Source of the DNA: Planctomycetota bacterium
Lineage (GTDB): Bacteria > Planctomycetota > UBA1135
Assembly (NCBI GenBank): GCA_003501525.1
Contig: DNPI01000041.1
Span: forward strand, 1 to 32,507
Direction of reading: 5' to 3'
Length of the DNA: 32,507 nucleotides
Made by a program: the position numbers and the translations under genes. Position 1 is the stretch's first letter, and each line of letters starts with the position of its first letter. This document shows, in pieces, positions 1 to 8,170 of this stretch. Below the pieces are notes generated by a model. It had not been told where the DNA came from. It saw nothing but the letters and a program-made list of their open reading frames with translations, and did not search any database.

Positions 1-2
1 GG

Positions 3-323
3 GTGGGAGTGAACGGGCATTTGGCTTTTAATGAACCAGGCTCTGAAGTGGACTCTCGCGCGAGGAAAGTTAATCTTGCGCCAGAAACTCTGGCTCGGAT
101 GCCCGATGGAGTTAACTACAACGAGGCTCTTACTCTTGGGATTGCGGACATTTTGGAAGCGAAAGAGATTCTTTTTGTCGCAACTGGTGCGGACAAAAGT
201 AAAGCCGTTCAGCGAGCCTTAAAGGTTCCACCGTCAGCCGATTGTCCGGCCTCTTTCTTGCAAAAGCATCCATCGGTTACTTGGCTAATTGATGTAGCCG
301 CCGCTTCTCTTCTTCAAGGATGA
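3..323 (+). CDS. nagB: glucosamine-6-phosphate deaminase, C-terminal part (5' end lies outside the window)
   Basis: The ORF is open to the window edge. The translation 'GVNGHLAFNEPGS...ALTLGIADILEAKEILFVATGADKSKAV' matches the conserved NagB active-site block (G-x-NGH-[IL]-AFNEP) and the C-terminal layout of NagB. Stop TGA at 321-323. Confidence 0.8.
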   Translation: MGVNGHLAFNEPGSEVDSRARKVNLAPETLARMPDGVNYNEALTLGIADILEAKEILFVATGADKSKAVQRALKVPPSADCPASFLQKHPSVTWLIDVAAASLLQG

Positions 324-333
324 GGCTTTTCGG

Positions 334-2814
334 TTGAGTTTCGTTCTTGCCCTTGCATTTCTCCAGCAAAATCAACTTGAATGGTCAAGCCTAGCTTCTC
401 TCGAGGGTAACCGCGGATTGGCGGGAATATTTGCAGGGGTTTCAGGGCCCGATCAGTCGCTTCTTATTGCTGGCGGTGCCGATTCCTCTAACGCGATGCC
501 CAGAGAGGGTGCCAATCCAGTGTGGACCGATCAGGTATGGGGTCTGAATGGTTTGGAAGGGGAGTGGGAAAGCGTCGGGACATTGCCCTTTCCTTTGGCG
601 CACGGGAGTTCTCTTCCATGGGGTGACGGTTTTCTTGTACTTGGGGGAAATAACTCGAAGGGAAGCTTGTCTTCAGTCTTCCAACTCCTCTGGGATGGTG
701 AAGTCCTTTCCTTTGAGGATTTTCCCCCCTTGCCGAAACCCTCCTCATTTCACTGTTCAGGGAAAATTGGGACCACTGTTTTTGTCCTTCCGGGCCAGCT
801 GGATTCTCCGCCTGCCGCGTTGATTGATGAGTTCTGGTCTTTCAATCTTGCTCAGCCCGAGACCGGTTGGAAGCGGGAACCTTTGTGCCCCGGAGGGCCT
901 CGCATTAAAGCCTCCGCTGCAGTCCAAACGCTTGGCGACGGCAGAGAAGGGTTTTTTGTCTTTGGCGGGGAACATCCAGAAAAAGGTGTTCTTTCAGACG
1001 CATGGGTTTTTCTCCCCGGTGAAGGGTGGCGTGCTCTTGCCAGTTCCCCTCTTCCAAAATCGGCGGCTGGAATTCACTCAATAGGGCAATCGCATATCCT
1101 TCTTTTTTCTGGAGGAGGAGGTCCTTTGGGAGACCTTCCCCAGCAAAACAATTCGGAGTATCCGTCTGAAGTTTTTGCTTACCACACCATTACCGATACT
1201 TGGGCCCAGAGTGGTGCAATGCCAAGGGGGATGGTTGCTGGACCTTTGATTCAGTGGAATGGAAGTCTAATTCTGATTTCTGAAGAAATTCGGCCCGGGA
1301 TTCGTACTTCACTTTTCCATCGTGCAGAAATGATTAAGGGTAGAGGTGCTCTGACATCTGTTGATCTTCTAATCCTTGTCCTCTACTTGACTCTTTTAGT
1401 AGGCATGGGGATTTATTTTGCGCGGCGAACTCGTGGTAGCCAAGATTTCTTCTTAGCTGGACGGCGGGTTCCGGGATGGGCGGCAGGGTTGTCAATTTTT
1501 GGCACGCAACTTTCGGCGATTACATTTCTGGCGACCCCAGCGTTGGCCTACGCCACGGACTTGCGTTATATCCCGACCTGGATTTCAATACTTCTTGTGG
1601 CGCCATTGATTGTCTATGGATTCTTGCCAATGTTCAGGCGCCTTTCTCTTGCTACTGCCTACGAATATCTGGAGCGTCGATTTTCTCTTGCCGTGAGGAT
1701 GTTTGGATGTTGTGCTTTTCTCATTGCCCAATTAGCTCGGACGGGTGTCGTAGTTTTCCTCCCCTCGCTAGCCCTAGCAACGGTTACGGGATTTGATATT
1801 CGCATCTGCATTCTTTCCATTGGAGTTTTAGCGACTCTATACACAACTTTGGGGGGAATGGAAGCTGTTGTCTGGACCGATGTCCTTCAGGTTTTTGTCT
1901 TGGTTGGAGGCGTTCTGGTGGCATTGGGAATCGCCATTAGCGGAGCAGGTGGTGTTGGTCCCCTTTGGGATCTTGCCCAGAAAGATTCTAAATTTGTTCT
2001 TTGGGATGGCCGTTTTGCTTGGACAGAAACCGCTAGTTGGTCGCTTCTGCTGGGCTCCATTTTCCTGATGATTCCACCATATGCCACTGACCAAGCGATT
2101 GTTCAGCGATACATGAGTACTCCAAATGAGAAGGCCGCTGCCCGGGGGGTTTGGTTAAACGGGTGGCTTTCCATACCTGCTGGGATTTTATTTCCGATTC
2201 TTGGGGCATGTCTTTATGCCTTTTACAAGGCTCAACCGGAAAAGCTCCTTGTGGGAATGCCTAACGATGGGATATTCCCACTCTTTATCGGCGCTGAAAT
2301 GCCGGTAGGTTTGACGGGGTTAGTAATAGCCGGCCTCTTTGCCGCGACGATGTCATCCTTGGATTCCTCAATGCACAGCATCGGAACGGTAGTAGTCAAC
2401 GACTTTCATCGCCGATTTGGGAAACTGCGCGAAGATTCCGAGGTTCTGAAACTTGCGCGCAAATGGACAATGGTGGCGGGCTTTTTTGGTACAGGTTGCG
2501 CTCTTCTCTTTTCCACTTGGGATGTGCGCTCTCTCTTTTTGTTTTTCTTAAAGTCCTTGGGCCTCCTGTCTTCAGGCCTTGCGGGGGTATTTCTATTGGG
2601 CCTCTTTACTCATCGAGCTCATGCTGCGGGAGTCCTTGTGGGAGCGTTCGTGTCAGCCCTCGCCTTGGGCTGGGCATCCATGGCGACCGAGTTGCATACT
2701 TTTTGGTTTGCTTTCGTGGGGATGGGGACCTGCGTTACTGTGGGGTGGTTAGCGAGTTTATTAATCCCAAATCCTGATTGTTCCGACTTTGTGGGAGCAG
2801 AGCCTCCAGCTTGA
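334..2814 (+). CDS. fusion protein: N-terminal Kelch-repeat beta-propeller (NanM/YjhT-like sialic-acid mutarotase family) plus C-terminal sodium:solute symporter (SSS/SLC5 family)
   Basis: 826-aa ORF. TTG at 334 is the first possible start after an in-frame TAG at 295-297. Residues ~1-335 carry repeated Kelch-like blades ('LLIAGGADS', 'FLVLGGNNS', 'FFVFGGEHP', 'ILLFSGGGG'). From ~aa 345 there is a typical SSS signature, 'QDFFLAGRRVPGWAAGLSIFGTQLSAITFLATPALAY', followed by many hydrophobic helices. Confidence 0.75.
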   Translation: MSFVLALAFLQQNQLEWSSLASLEGNRGLAGIFAGVSGPDQSLLIAGGADSSNAMPREGANPVWTDQVWGLNGLEGEWESVGTLPFPLAHGSSLPWGDGFLVLGGNNSKGSLSSVFQLLWDGEVLSFEDFPPLPKPSSFHCSGKIGTTVFVLPGQLDSPPAALIDEFWSFNLAQPETGWKREPLCPGGPRIKASAAVQTLGDGREGFFVFGGEHPEKGVLSDAWVFLPGEGWRALASSPLPKSAAGIHSIGQSHILLFSGGGGPLGDLPQQNNSEYPSEVFAYHTITDTWAQSGAMPRGMVAGPLIQWNGSLILISEEIRPGIRTSLFHRAEMIKGRGALTSVDLLILVLYLTLLVGMGIYFARRTRGSQDFFLAGRRVPGWAAGLSIFGTQLSAITFLATPALAYATDLRYIPTWISILLVAPLIVYGFLPMFRRLSLATAYEYLERRFSLAVRMFGCCAFLIAQLARTGVVVFLPSLALATVTGFDIRICILSIGVLATLYTTLGGMEAVVWTDVLQVFVLVGGVLVALGIAISGAGGVGPLWDLAQKDSKFVLWDGRFAWTETASWSLLLGSIFLMIPPYATDQAIVQRYMSTPNEKAAARGVWLNGWLSIPAGILFPILGACLYAFYKAQPEKLLVGMPNDGIFPLFIGAEMPVGLTGLVIAGLFAATMSSLDSSMHSIGTVVVNDFHRRFGKLREDSEVLKLARKWTMVAGFFGTGCALLFSTWDVRSLFLFFLKSLGLLSSGLAGVFLLGLFTHRAHAAGVLVGAFVSALALGWASMATELHTFWFAFVGMGTCVTVGWLASLLIPNPDCSDFVGAEPPA

Positions 2815-2818
2815 TCTA

Positions 2819-3952
2819 ATGATGTTTGTTTTCTTGTCCGTTTTCATTTTTTCTGTTCAGGATCCGGGGCTCCCGGGTTATTCCATTCCGGTTATTGATA
2901 TAGATTCTGAATTTTTCAGGCATGTTGAAGTAGATCGAGAAGAGGGCCAGTATTTGGGGCATGTAACCACGGCAATGCTCGAGGATGGAAAAACTATTTT
3001 TGCTGTTTATCCGAAAGGTCATGGGAAGGGTGCCATCGTGATGAAGCGCAGTGACGATGGGGGGGAAACTTGGTCAGACCGTTTGCCGACGCCGAAATCA
3101 TGGGCGCATTCAGAGGAGGTCCCGACTCTCTACCGCACCATTGACAGGCAAGGCAAGAGGCGGTTCATCCTCTTTTCGGGCCTTAGAACCATAAAGCGGG
3201 CTTATTCAGAGGATGATGGGAAAACTTGGTCCGAACTGGAGCCCATTGGCGACTACGGAGGCATTGTTTCCTGTGCGGATATGGAAAGGACAGTCGATGG
3301 TCGATATTTTGCACTGTTTCACGACGACGGCCGATTTACGCCGTCCAAATACACTACCCAGGATGGTCACCCTTTCCACGTTTATCAGATATGGTCCGAG
3401 GACGGAGGAATGACTTGGGGAACGCCTCGCACGGTCGCTTCCCATCCGAAGGCCCATTTATGTGAGCCAGGCATTATTCGTTCTCCTGACGGGAGCCAGC
3501 TGGCAGTGCTTTTCCGTGAAAACAGCAGGAAATACAATGGTTTTGTGATGTTTTCGGATGACGAGGGGGAAGCTTGGTCTCAGCCCCGTCAACTTCCCGC
3601 TGCCCTAACCGGAGACCGCCACACAGCTCAATATGCTCCTGATGGTCGACTGTTCATCAGTTTTCGGGATACTACTCGGGAATCTATTACTCAAGGCGAT
3701 TGGGTGGGCTGGGTTGGTAGTTTTGAAGACATCGTGGATGGGCGCGAGGGCCAATACCGAATTCGACTCAAGGACAACAAGCATCGCTGGGACTGCGCAT
3801 ATCCGGGTGTAGAGATTCTCCCGGATGGCACTTTTGTTTGCACCACTTATGGGCATTGGACAGAGGGGCAGTCTCCATGGATTCTTTCGGTACGCTTTAA
3901 GCTAGACGATTTGGATGCTCTCCTTTCGTTGGCACCGCTGGACAAGAAGTGA
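2819..3952 (+). CDS. BNR/Asp-box beta-propeller protein, sialidase-like (GH33-like)
   Basis: Four Asp-boxes (S-x-D-x-G-x-[TA]-W) are present: 'SDDGGETWS', 'SEDDGKTWS', 'SEDGGMTWG', 'SDDEGEAWS'. The ATG at 2819 lies 4 nt after the upstream stop. An alternative TTG at 2789 would overlap the transporter gene. The N-terminus 'MMFVFLSVFIFSV' is hydrophobic. Confidence 0.7.
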   Translation: MMFVFLSVFIFSVQDPGLPGYSIPVIDIDSEFFRHVEVDREEGQYLGHVTTAMLEDGKTIFAVYPKGHGKGAIVMKRSDDGGETWSDRLPTPKSWAHSEEVPTLYRTIDRQGKRRFILFSGLRTIKRAYSEDDGKTWSELEPIGDYGGIVSCADMERTVDGRYFALFHDDGRFTPSKYTTQDGHPFHVYQIWSEDGGMTWGTPRTVASHPKAHLCEPGIIRSPDGSQLAVLFRENSRKYNGFVMFSDDEGEAWSQPRQLPAALTGDRHTAQYAPDGRLFISFRDTTRESITQGDWVGWVGSFEDIVDGREGQYRIRLKDNKHRWDCAYPGVEILPDGTFVCTTYGHWTEGQSPWILSVRFKLDDLDALLSLAPLDKK

Positions 3953-5331
3953 CCCGCCCTCCTCGATTCAAAATTAGAGAAACGGAATTAAATCTCGTCT
4001 CTTGTCATACCCGGATTCCGTTTCGCTTTGGTGCTCACACTTTGACGACTGCGCCATACGCTACGGCGACAGTGACAGTCACCAGCGAGGACGGCGCTGT
4101 TTCCAGGGGGGCGTCTTCAGATCTTCTTATTCCTAAGTGGTTTGAGAAGGATCCGGAGAAAACCCCACAAGAGGACTCCGAGGCCCTTGCTGCCAGTGCC
4201 GCATTAGCCTTTGAGTGTGCAGAGAATCTCGATTCGGCTTCTGTTTTTAGCATTTGGCGTGAAGTGCATCGGACTAGAGTTGAGAGTCAACCCCGTGAAG
4301 CTCCTGACCTCTTAGTGCGGGGATTCGGAGTCGCCCTCTTGGAAAGGGCGTTAATCGACGCTGTTTGTCGACAGCATGCGGTTTCCTTTCATGACGCTTT
4401 GCGGAGTAACCTCTTTGGCTTTTCTCCTGAATCGATTCATCCTGAACTTTCAGGTTGGGATTTGGGCAAGACATTGAGCCCGGCGCCGGCCACCTCAATC
4501 AAAATTCGACATACAGTGGGCCTCCTAGATGCACTGCGGTGTAAACAGGATGAAGCCTTCCACGATGGTTTCCCGAGCTCGCTAGTGGAAGATATTCGTC
4601 ATTATGGGCTAAATCACTTCAAGATTAAATTGTCGGGGGATGAAAGCGAGGATTTGGCTCGACTTAAGTCAATTGCCGCAATTTTCAAATCCGAAGTTCA
4701 AGGGAAGCCGCGTTTCACCTTTGATGGAAATGAACAATTTGAGAGTCTTGTGCCGCTTGCGAATCTATTGGAGAGTTTGGCGGATTCCCCTGAGGGCAAA
4801 GAATTCCTTTCTGGGCTTTTGTTTATTGAACAACCTCTCATGCGGGAGCAAACCTTTAATCCGGATGCACATCGAGACATTGCTCGAGTGGAAGCTTTTA
4901 GCCCGCTACTCGTGGATGAAGCAGACTTTGATTTTTGGGCTTTTCCGGCAGCGGTAGCTGTTGGTTATCGGGGGATATCGGTGAAAGCGTGTAAAGGGAT
5001 TTTCCGTGCACTGCTCAATTTTGGGCTGTGTCAATCCAGAGGTGGGGGCTTATTCCAATCGGGCGAGGATTTGACAAATCTTCCGATTCGGGCACTACAG
5101 CAGGATTTAGCGCTTATGGCGACTCTCAATATTCCCCATGTCGAGCGCAATGGTCACCATTATTTTCGAGGCCTTGATCATTTACCCTCTTCCGTGTCAG
5201 CAGAGGCTCTTCTGCATCATCCAGATATTTACCAAAAAGAGAAGAGCGTTGTCGCATTAAATGTGAACCGAGGCAGGCTGGACATTGCCTCGTTACATTG
5301 CTCCGGATTCGGTTGTGCTGTAGCCCCATGA
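3949..5331 (+). CDS. enolase-superfamily enzyme (mandelate racemase/muconate lactonizing enzyme-like, MLE-subgroup-like)
   Basis: GTG start overlaps the upstream stop (GTGA at 3949-3952). Barrel-domain motifs appear in the expected order: KxK 'HFKIKLSGD' (K225/K227), metal ligands 'FTFDGNEQF' (D259), 'FIEQPL' (E294) and 'LLVDEADF' (D323/E324), then 'ISVKACKG' (second catalytic Lys region). Confidence 0.65.
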   Translation: MTRPPRFKIRETELNLVSCHTRIPFRFGAHTLTTAPYATATVTVTSEDGAVSRGASSDLLIPKWFEKDPEKTPQEDSEALAASAALAFECAENLDSASVFSIWREVHRTRVESQPREAPDLLVRGFGVALLERALIDAVCRQHAVSFHDALRSNLFGFSPESIHPELSGWDLGKTLSPAPATSIKIRHTVGLLDALRCKQDEAFHDGFPSSLVEDIRHYGLNHFKIKLSGDESEDLARLKSIAAIFKSEVQGKPRFTFDGNEQFESLVPLANLLESLADSPEGKEFLSGLLFIEQPLMREQTFNPDAHRDIARVEAFSPLLVDEADFDFWAFPAAVAVGYRGISVKACKGIFRALLNFGLCQSRGGGLFQSGEDLTNLPIRALQQDLALMATLNIPHVERNGHHYFRGLDHLPSSVSAEALLHHPDIYQKEKSVVALNVNRGRLDIASLHCSGFGCAVAP

Positions 5332-6770
5332 AAGATTTTCGCCTGCCCGCTTCTTTTGCCGATGCTGTGGATTTCGATGCTCGTCTGAAAGACATAGACC
5401 CGGCTTTGGGGTGTGACGCTGATTTGCTTGATAAGACTGGGCCTATGGGGCAGTCAATCCAGATTGGCAATAAAACTCTTAGAAACCGCTTCGCCATTCA
5501 CCCGATGGAGGGATGGGATGGTACCCATGAGGGTCTTCCATCAGAAGCGACATTACGTCGCTGGCGGCGATTTGGCTTAAGTGGGGCTTCTTTAATTTGG
5601 GGTGGAGAAGCTTTTGCCGTAGTCCCCGAGGGCCGAGCGAACCCTAATCAACTACATCAGGGGAGTAGCGCCTCTGCTGGTGATGGTCTCAAGGGACTGC
5701 TCAAGGAGCTCTGCATTGGTCGGGAAGAGGCAGGGGTAGAGCAGCAAGATTTTTTTGCAGGTCTCCAATTGACCCATTCAGGCCGATGGTCAAGTCCAAC
5801 CAAAGCAGGGGCATCCCCTCGGATTGCTTATCGACACCCCACTCTTGATGAGAGAGCTGGTGTCCAATCTGATGAGGCAATATTGACTGATGAAGAAATC
5901 GCAGCTCTCCCTGGGAAATACGCGGCTGCTGCTCTTCTTGCCGCAGAAGCTGGATTTGGATTTGTAGATGTCAAATGTTGTCATGGTTATCTTCTCCATG
6001 AATTTCTCTCGGCGCGATCCCGACCCGGGCCTTGGGGAGGAGACTTTGAAGGGAGAACGCGACTATTTCGCGAGATAGTTGCGGCTGTGAGGGAAGCGGC
6101 CCCGGCCATCGAAATCGGAGTTCGTCTTTCAGTGACGGACTTGTTCCCTTTCTCTTCTGGAGAGGAAGGTAGAGGAGAGCCCGACGGCTTGGAAAAGAAT
6201 CTCCCTTATGAAGCAGCTTTTGGCCTTAATCCGGATAATCCTCTCCAGCCTGATTTCGCTGAGCCATTCCGTTTCATTTCTCTTCTTGAGAAGATGGGGA
6301 TATCTCTGATTAATCTGACGGTGGGTTCTCCGTATTACTGCCCTCACGCGCAGAGGCCCGCCGCTTTCCCTCCCAGTGACGGCTACCAGCCGCCTGTAGA
6401 CCCTCTGGAGTCAGTGGCAGCGCATCTGTTGGCAGCTCGAGCATGCAAGGAGGAGTTCCCGCACATGATTTTTGTGGGTTCTGGTTACTCCTATTTGCAA
6501 GATTGGTTGCCTCATGTTGCCCAGAATGAAATCCGCGAAGGCCACGTTGATTTCGTGGGATTGGGGCGGATGGTTTTGTCTTATCCGGAACTGCCGACAG
6601 ATATCTTGGCAGGTCGTCCGTTGCGGAAAAAACAGGTTTGCCGTACTTTCTCTGATTGCACAACTGGTCCGCGAAACGGTATGCCCAGCGGCTGCTATCC
6701 CCTTGATCCTCACTATCGAGGCCTTCCTGAAGCCAAAAGAATCCGGGCTTTACGTCCGCGAAAAAACTGA
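5328..6770 (+). CDS. Old Yellow Enzyme-family NAD(P)H:flavin oxidoreductase (FMN TIM barrel)
   Basis: ATG at 5328 overlaps the upstream stop (ATGA). The six-frame ORF extends upstream to 5298. OYE signatures seen: 'NRFAIHPMEGWDG', 'GFGFVDVKCCHGYLLHEFLSARS', 'DFVGLGRMVLSYPELP'. Confidence 0.75.
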   Translation: MKDFRLPASFADAVDFDARLKDIDPALGCDADLLDKTGPMGQSIQIGNKTLRNRFAIHPMEGWDGTHEGLPSEATLRRWRRFGLSGASLIWGGEAFAVVPEGRANPNQLHQGSSASAGDGLKGLLKELCIGREEAGVEQQDFFAGLQLTHSGRWSSPTKAGASPRIAYRHPTLDERAGVQSDEAILTDEEIAALPGKYAAAALLAAEAGFGFVDVKCCHGYLLHEFLSARSRPGPWGGDFEGRTRLFREIVAAVREAAPAIEIGVRLSVTDLFPFSSGEEGRGEPDGLEKNLPYEAAFGLNPDNPLQPDFAEPFRFISLLEKMGISLINLTVGSPYYCPHAQRPAAFPPSDGYQPPVDPLESVAAHLLAARACKEEFPHMIFVGSGYSYLQDWLPHVAQNEIREGHVDFVGLGRMVLSYPELPTDILAGRPLRKKQVCRTFSDCTTGPRNGMPSGCYPLDPHYRGLPEAKRIRALRPRKN

Positions 6771-6826
6771 GTCGACCTGATCCCCATGCCTTTGAAGGGC
6801 TGCCTAATGCTGCTCCACCTGACCCG

Positions 6827-8170
6827 GTGTCGATTTCTAAGGAAGTTGCTTGGCTCGAATACCAAGAAACGCGGCCCACCTGGAGTCGATGGTTTTCATT
6901 TTTCCGAAAAGGGGGCCCAGGTTATCTGCAGAGCGCTCTTACTTTGGGAGGCGGAACTGCTGCGACCATGCTTTTTGCTGGTGCCGCCTTTGGGTATGGC
7001 TTGATTTGGGTAGCTCCGGTATCGATGCTTCTAGGGATGGTGATTTTTTCCGCTGTAGCCCACCAAACCCTTTCTACGGGCAAGCGACCCTTTTTGGCAA
7101 TGCAGCAGCATGCGGGCCCAGTTTTCGCCTGGGCATTCGCAGGCGGAGCAGTTTTCTCATCCATCATTTGGCATTTTGCTCAATATTCGCTTGGTGCGGT
7201 AGTGTTGGAGGATATGGGCCTAGCTGCTGGGCTTAATATTCCTCGCTGGATTTGTGGCGCAATTATTTTGGCTGTTGCGATTGCGTGGACTTTCGCCTAC
7301 GGCCGCACCCCTCGCCTTCTGGCTTGGTTTGAATTGTCCTTAAAGATTCTGGTCTGGGGGATTGTTGGGTGCTTTGGGCTTGTCGTTTTTCAAACCGGAA
7401 TCCGTGATCCTCTAGCGCTAGTTGCAGGCTTTGTTCCATCATTGCCGACGGGGACGTCTGAGGTATCAGCGCTTACTGTGGTTGTGGGAGGATTAGCGGC
7501 AGCTGTGGGTGCCAACATGCTCTTTCTCTACCCCTATTCTCTCCTTGCGCGGGGTTGGGGTAGGGCACATCGCCGTCTCGCCCGCTTTGACCTTTTCGCT
7601 GGTATGTTTTTGCCTTACTTTCTTGCTACCAGTTTGATGGTAATTGCCACCGCCAATACTTTTTATTACGGAGGCACAGAGTTCTCGGGTATGCGACTGA
7701 GTCCGGTTGAAGCCTCTAAAATTTTGTCAGGATCCATTGGGCCGGTTGTTGGCCGCTTAGTCTTCAACCTTGGAATTTTGGGAATGGCGCTTTCTTCCAT
7801 TATTTTGCAGATGATTTGCTGCGGCTTCGTTGCCATGGAAGTTTTCGGGTTGAAATTCGGCAGCCCTCGTTATCGCCTTGCCTGTCTTCTTCCGGCGCCA
7901 GGCGTTCTGGGAGCGGTACTGTGGACTGATATATCTCTTTGGGTTGCTGTCCCAACGACTCTACTGTGCGGTTTTCTTCTTCCGCTCGCCTATCTTGGAT
8001 TTGTCAGGCTCCAAAGAAGTTCAGTTTATCTTGGCTCCGATCTTCCCCGCGGCCCGAAAGCTACGGCCTGGATTGGTGCGATGCTGGTGGCCATTCTTGT
8101 TTTAGTCGTTTTCTTGGGCTGGAAGGCCGTTGATATCGCCCTACCCGCTTTTATGGGGGGAATTCTTTGA
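6827..8170 (+). CDS. Nramp-fold integral membrane transporter with non-canonical (non-metal?) substrate site
   Basis: GTG start; ~11-12 hydrophobic helices. The N-terminal block 'GPGYLQSALTLGGGTAATMLFAGAAFGYGLIWV' aligns with the Nramp/MntH TM1 block 'GPGFL.S.AYIDPGN.AT..QAGA.FGY'. The metal-binding DPGN is replaced by GGGT (6947-6958). Confidence 0.55.
   Translation: MSISKEVAWLEYQETRPTWSRWFSFFRKGGPGYLQSALTLGGGTAATMLFAGAAFGYGLIWVAPVSMLLGMVIFSAVAHQTLSTGKRPFLAMQQHAGPVFAWAFAGGAVFSSIIWHFAQYSLGAVVLEDMGLAAGLNIPRWICGAIILAVAIAWTFAYGRTPRLLAWFELSLKILVWGIVGCFGLVVFQTGIRDPLALVAGFVPSLPTGTSEVSALTVVVGGLAAAVGANMLFLYPYSLLARGWGRAHRRLARFDLFAGMFLPYFLATSLMVIATANTFYYGGTEFSGMRLSPVEASKILSGSIGPVVGRLVFNLGILGMALSSIILQMICCGFVAMEVFGLKFGSPRYRLACLLPAPGVLGAVLWTDISLWVAVPTTLLCGFLLPLAYLGFVRLQRSSVYLGSDLPRGPKATAWIGAMLVAILVLVVFLGWKAVDIALPAFMGGIL

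Noticed and set aside
5126-5497. 123-aa minus-strand ORF spanning the enolase-family/OYE junction
   Set aside because: The + strand genes here are coupled by an ATGA overlap and have clear family motifs. The antisense ORF has no recognisable features.
6639-6695. Cys-rich tail of the OYE protein ('CRTFSDCTTGPRNGMPSGC'), reminiscent of the 4Fe-4S linker of FadH-type 2,4-dienoyl-CoA reductases
   Set aside because: There are only three cysteines, spaced C-x5-C-x11-C instead of C-x2-C-x3-C-x11-C. No C-terminal FAD/NAD(P) domains follow. This is not enough to call an Fe-S site, though it may be a degenerate remnant.
6310-6879. 189-aa ORF on the minus strand, antisense to the 3' end of the OYE gene
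   Set aside because: It lies almost entirely inside a well-supported + strand CDS. Its translation is Ser/Gly/Arg-rich with no recognisable motif. It looks like a typical shadow ORF.
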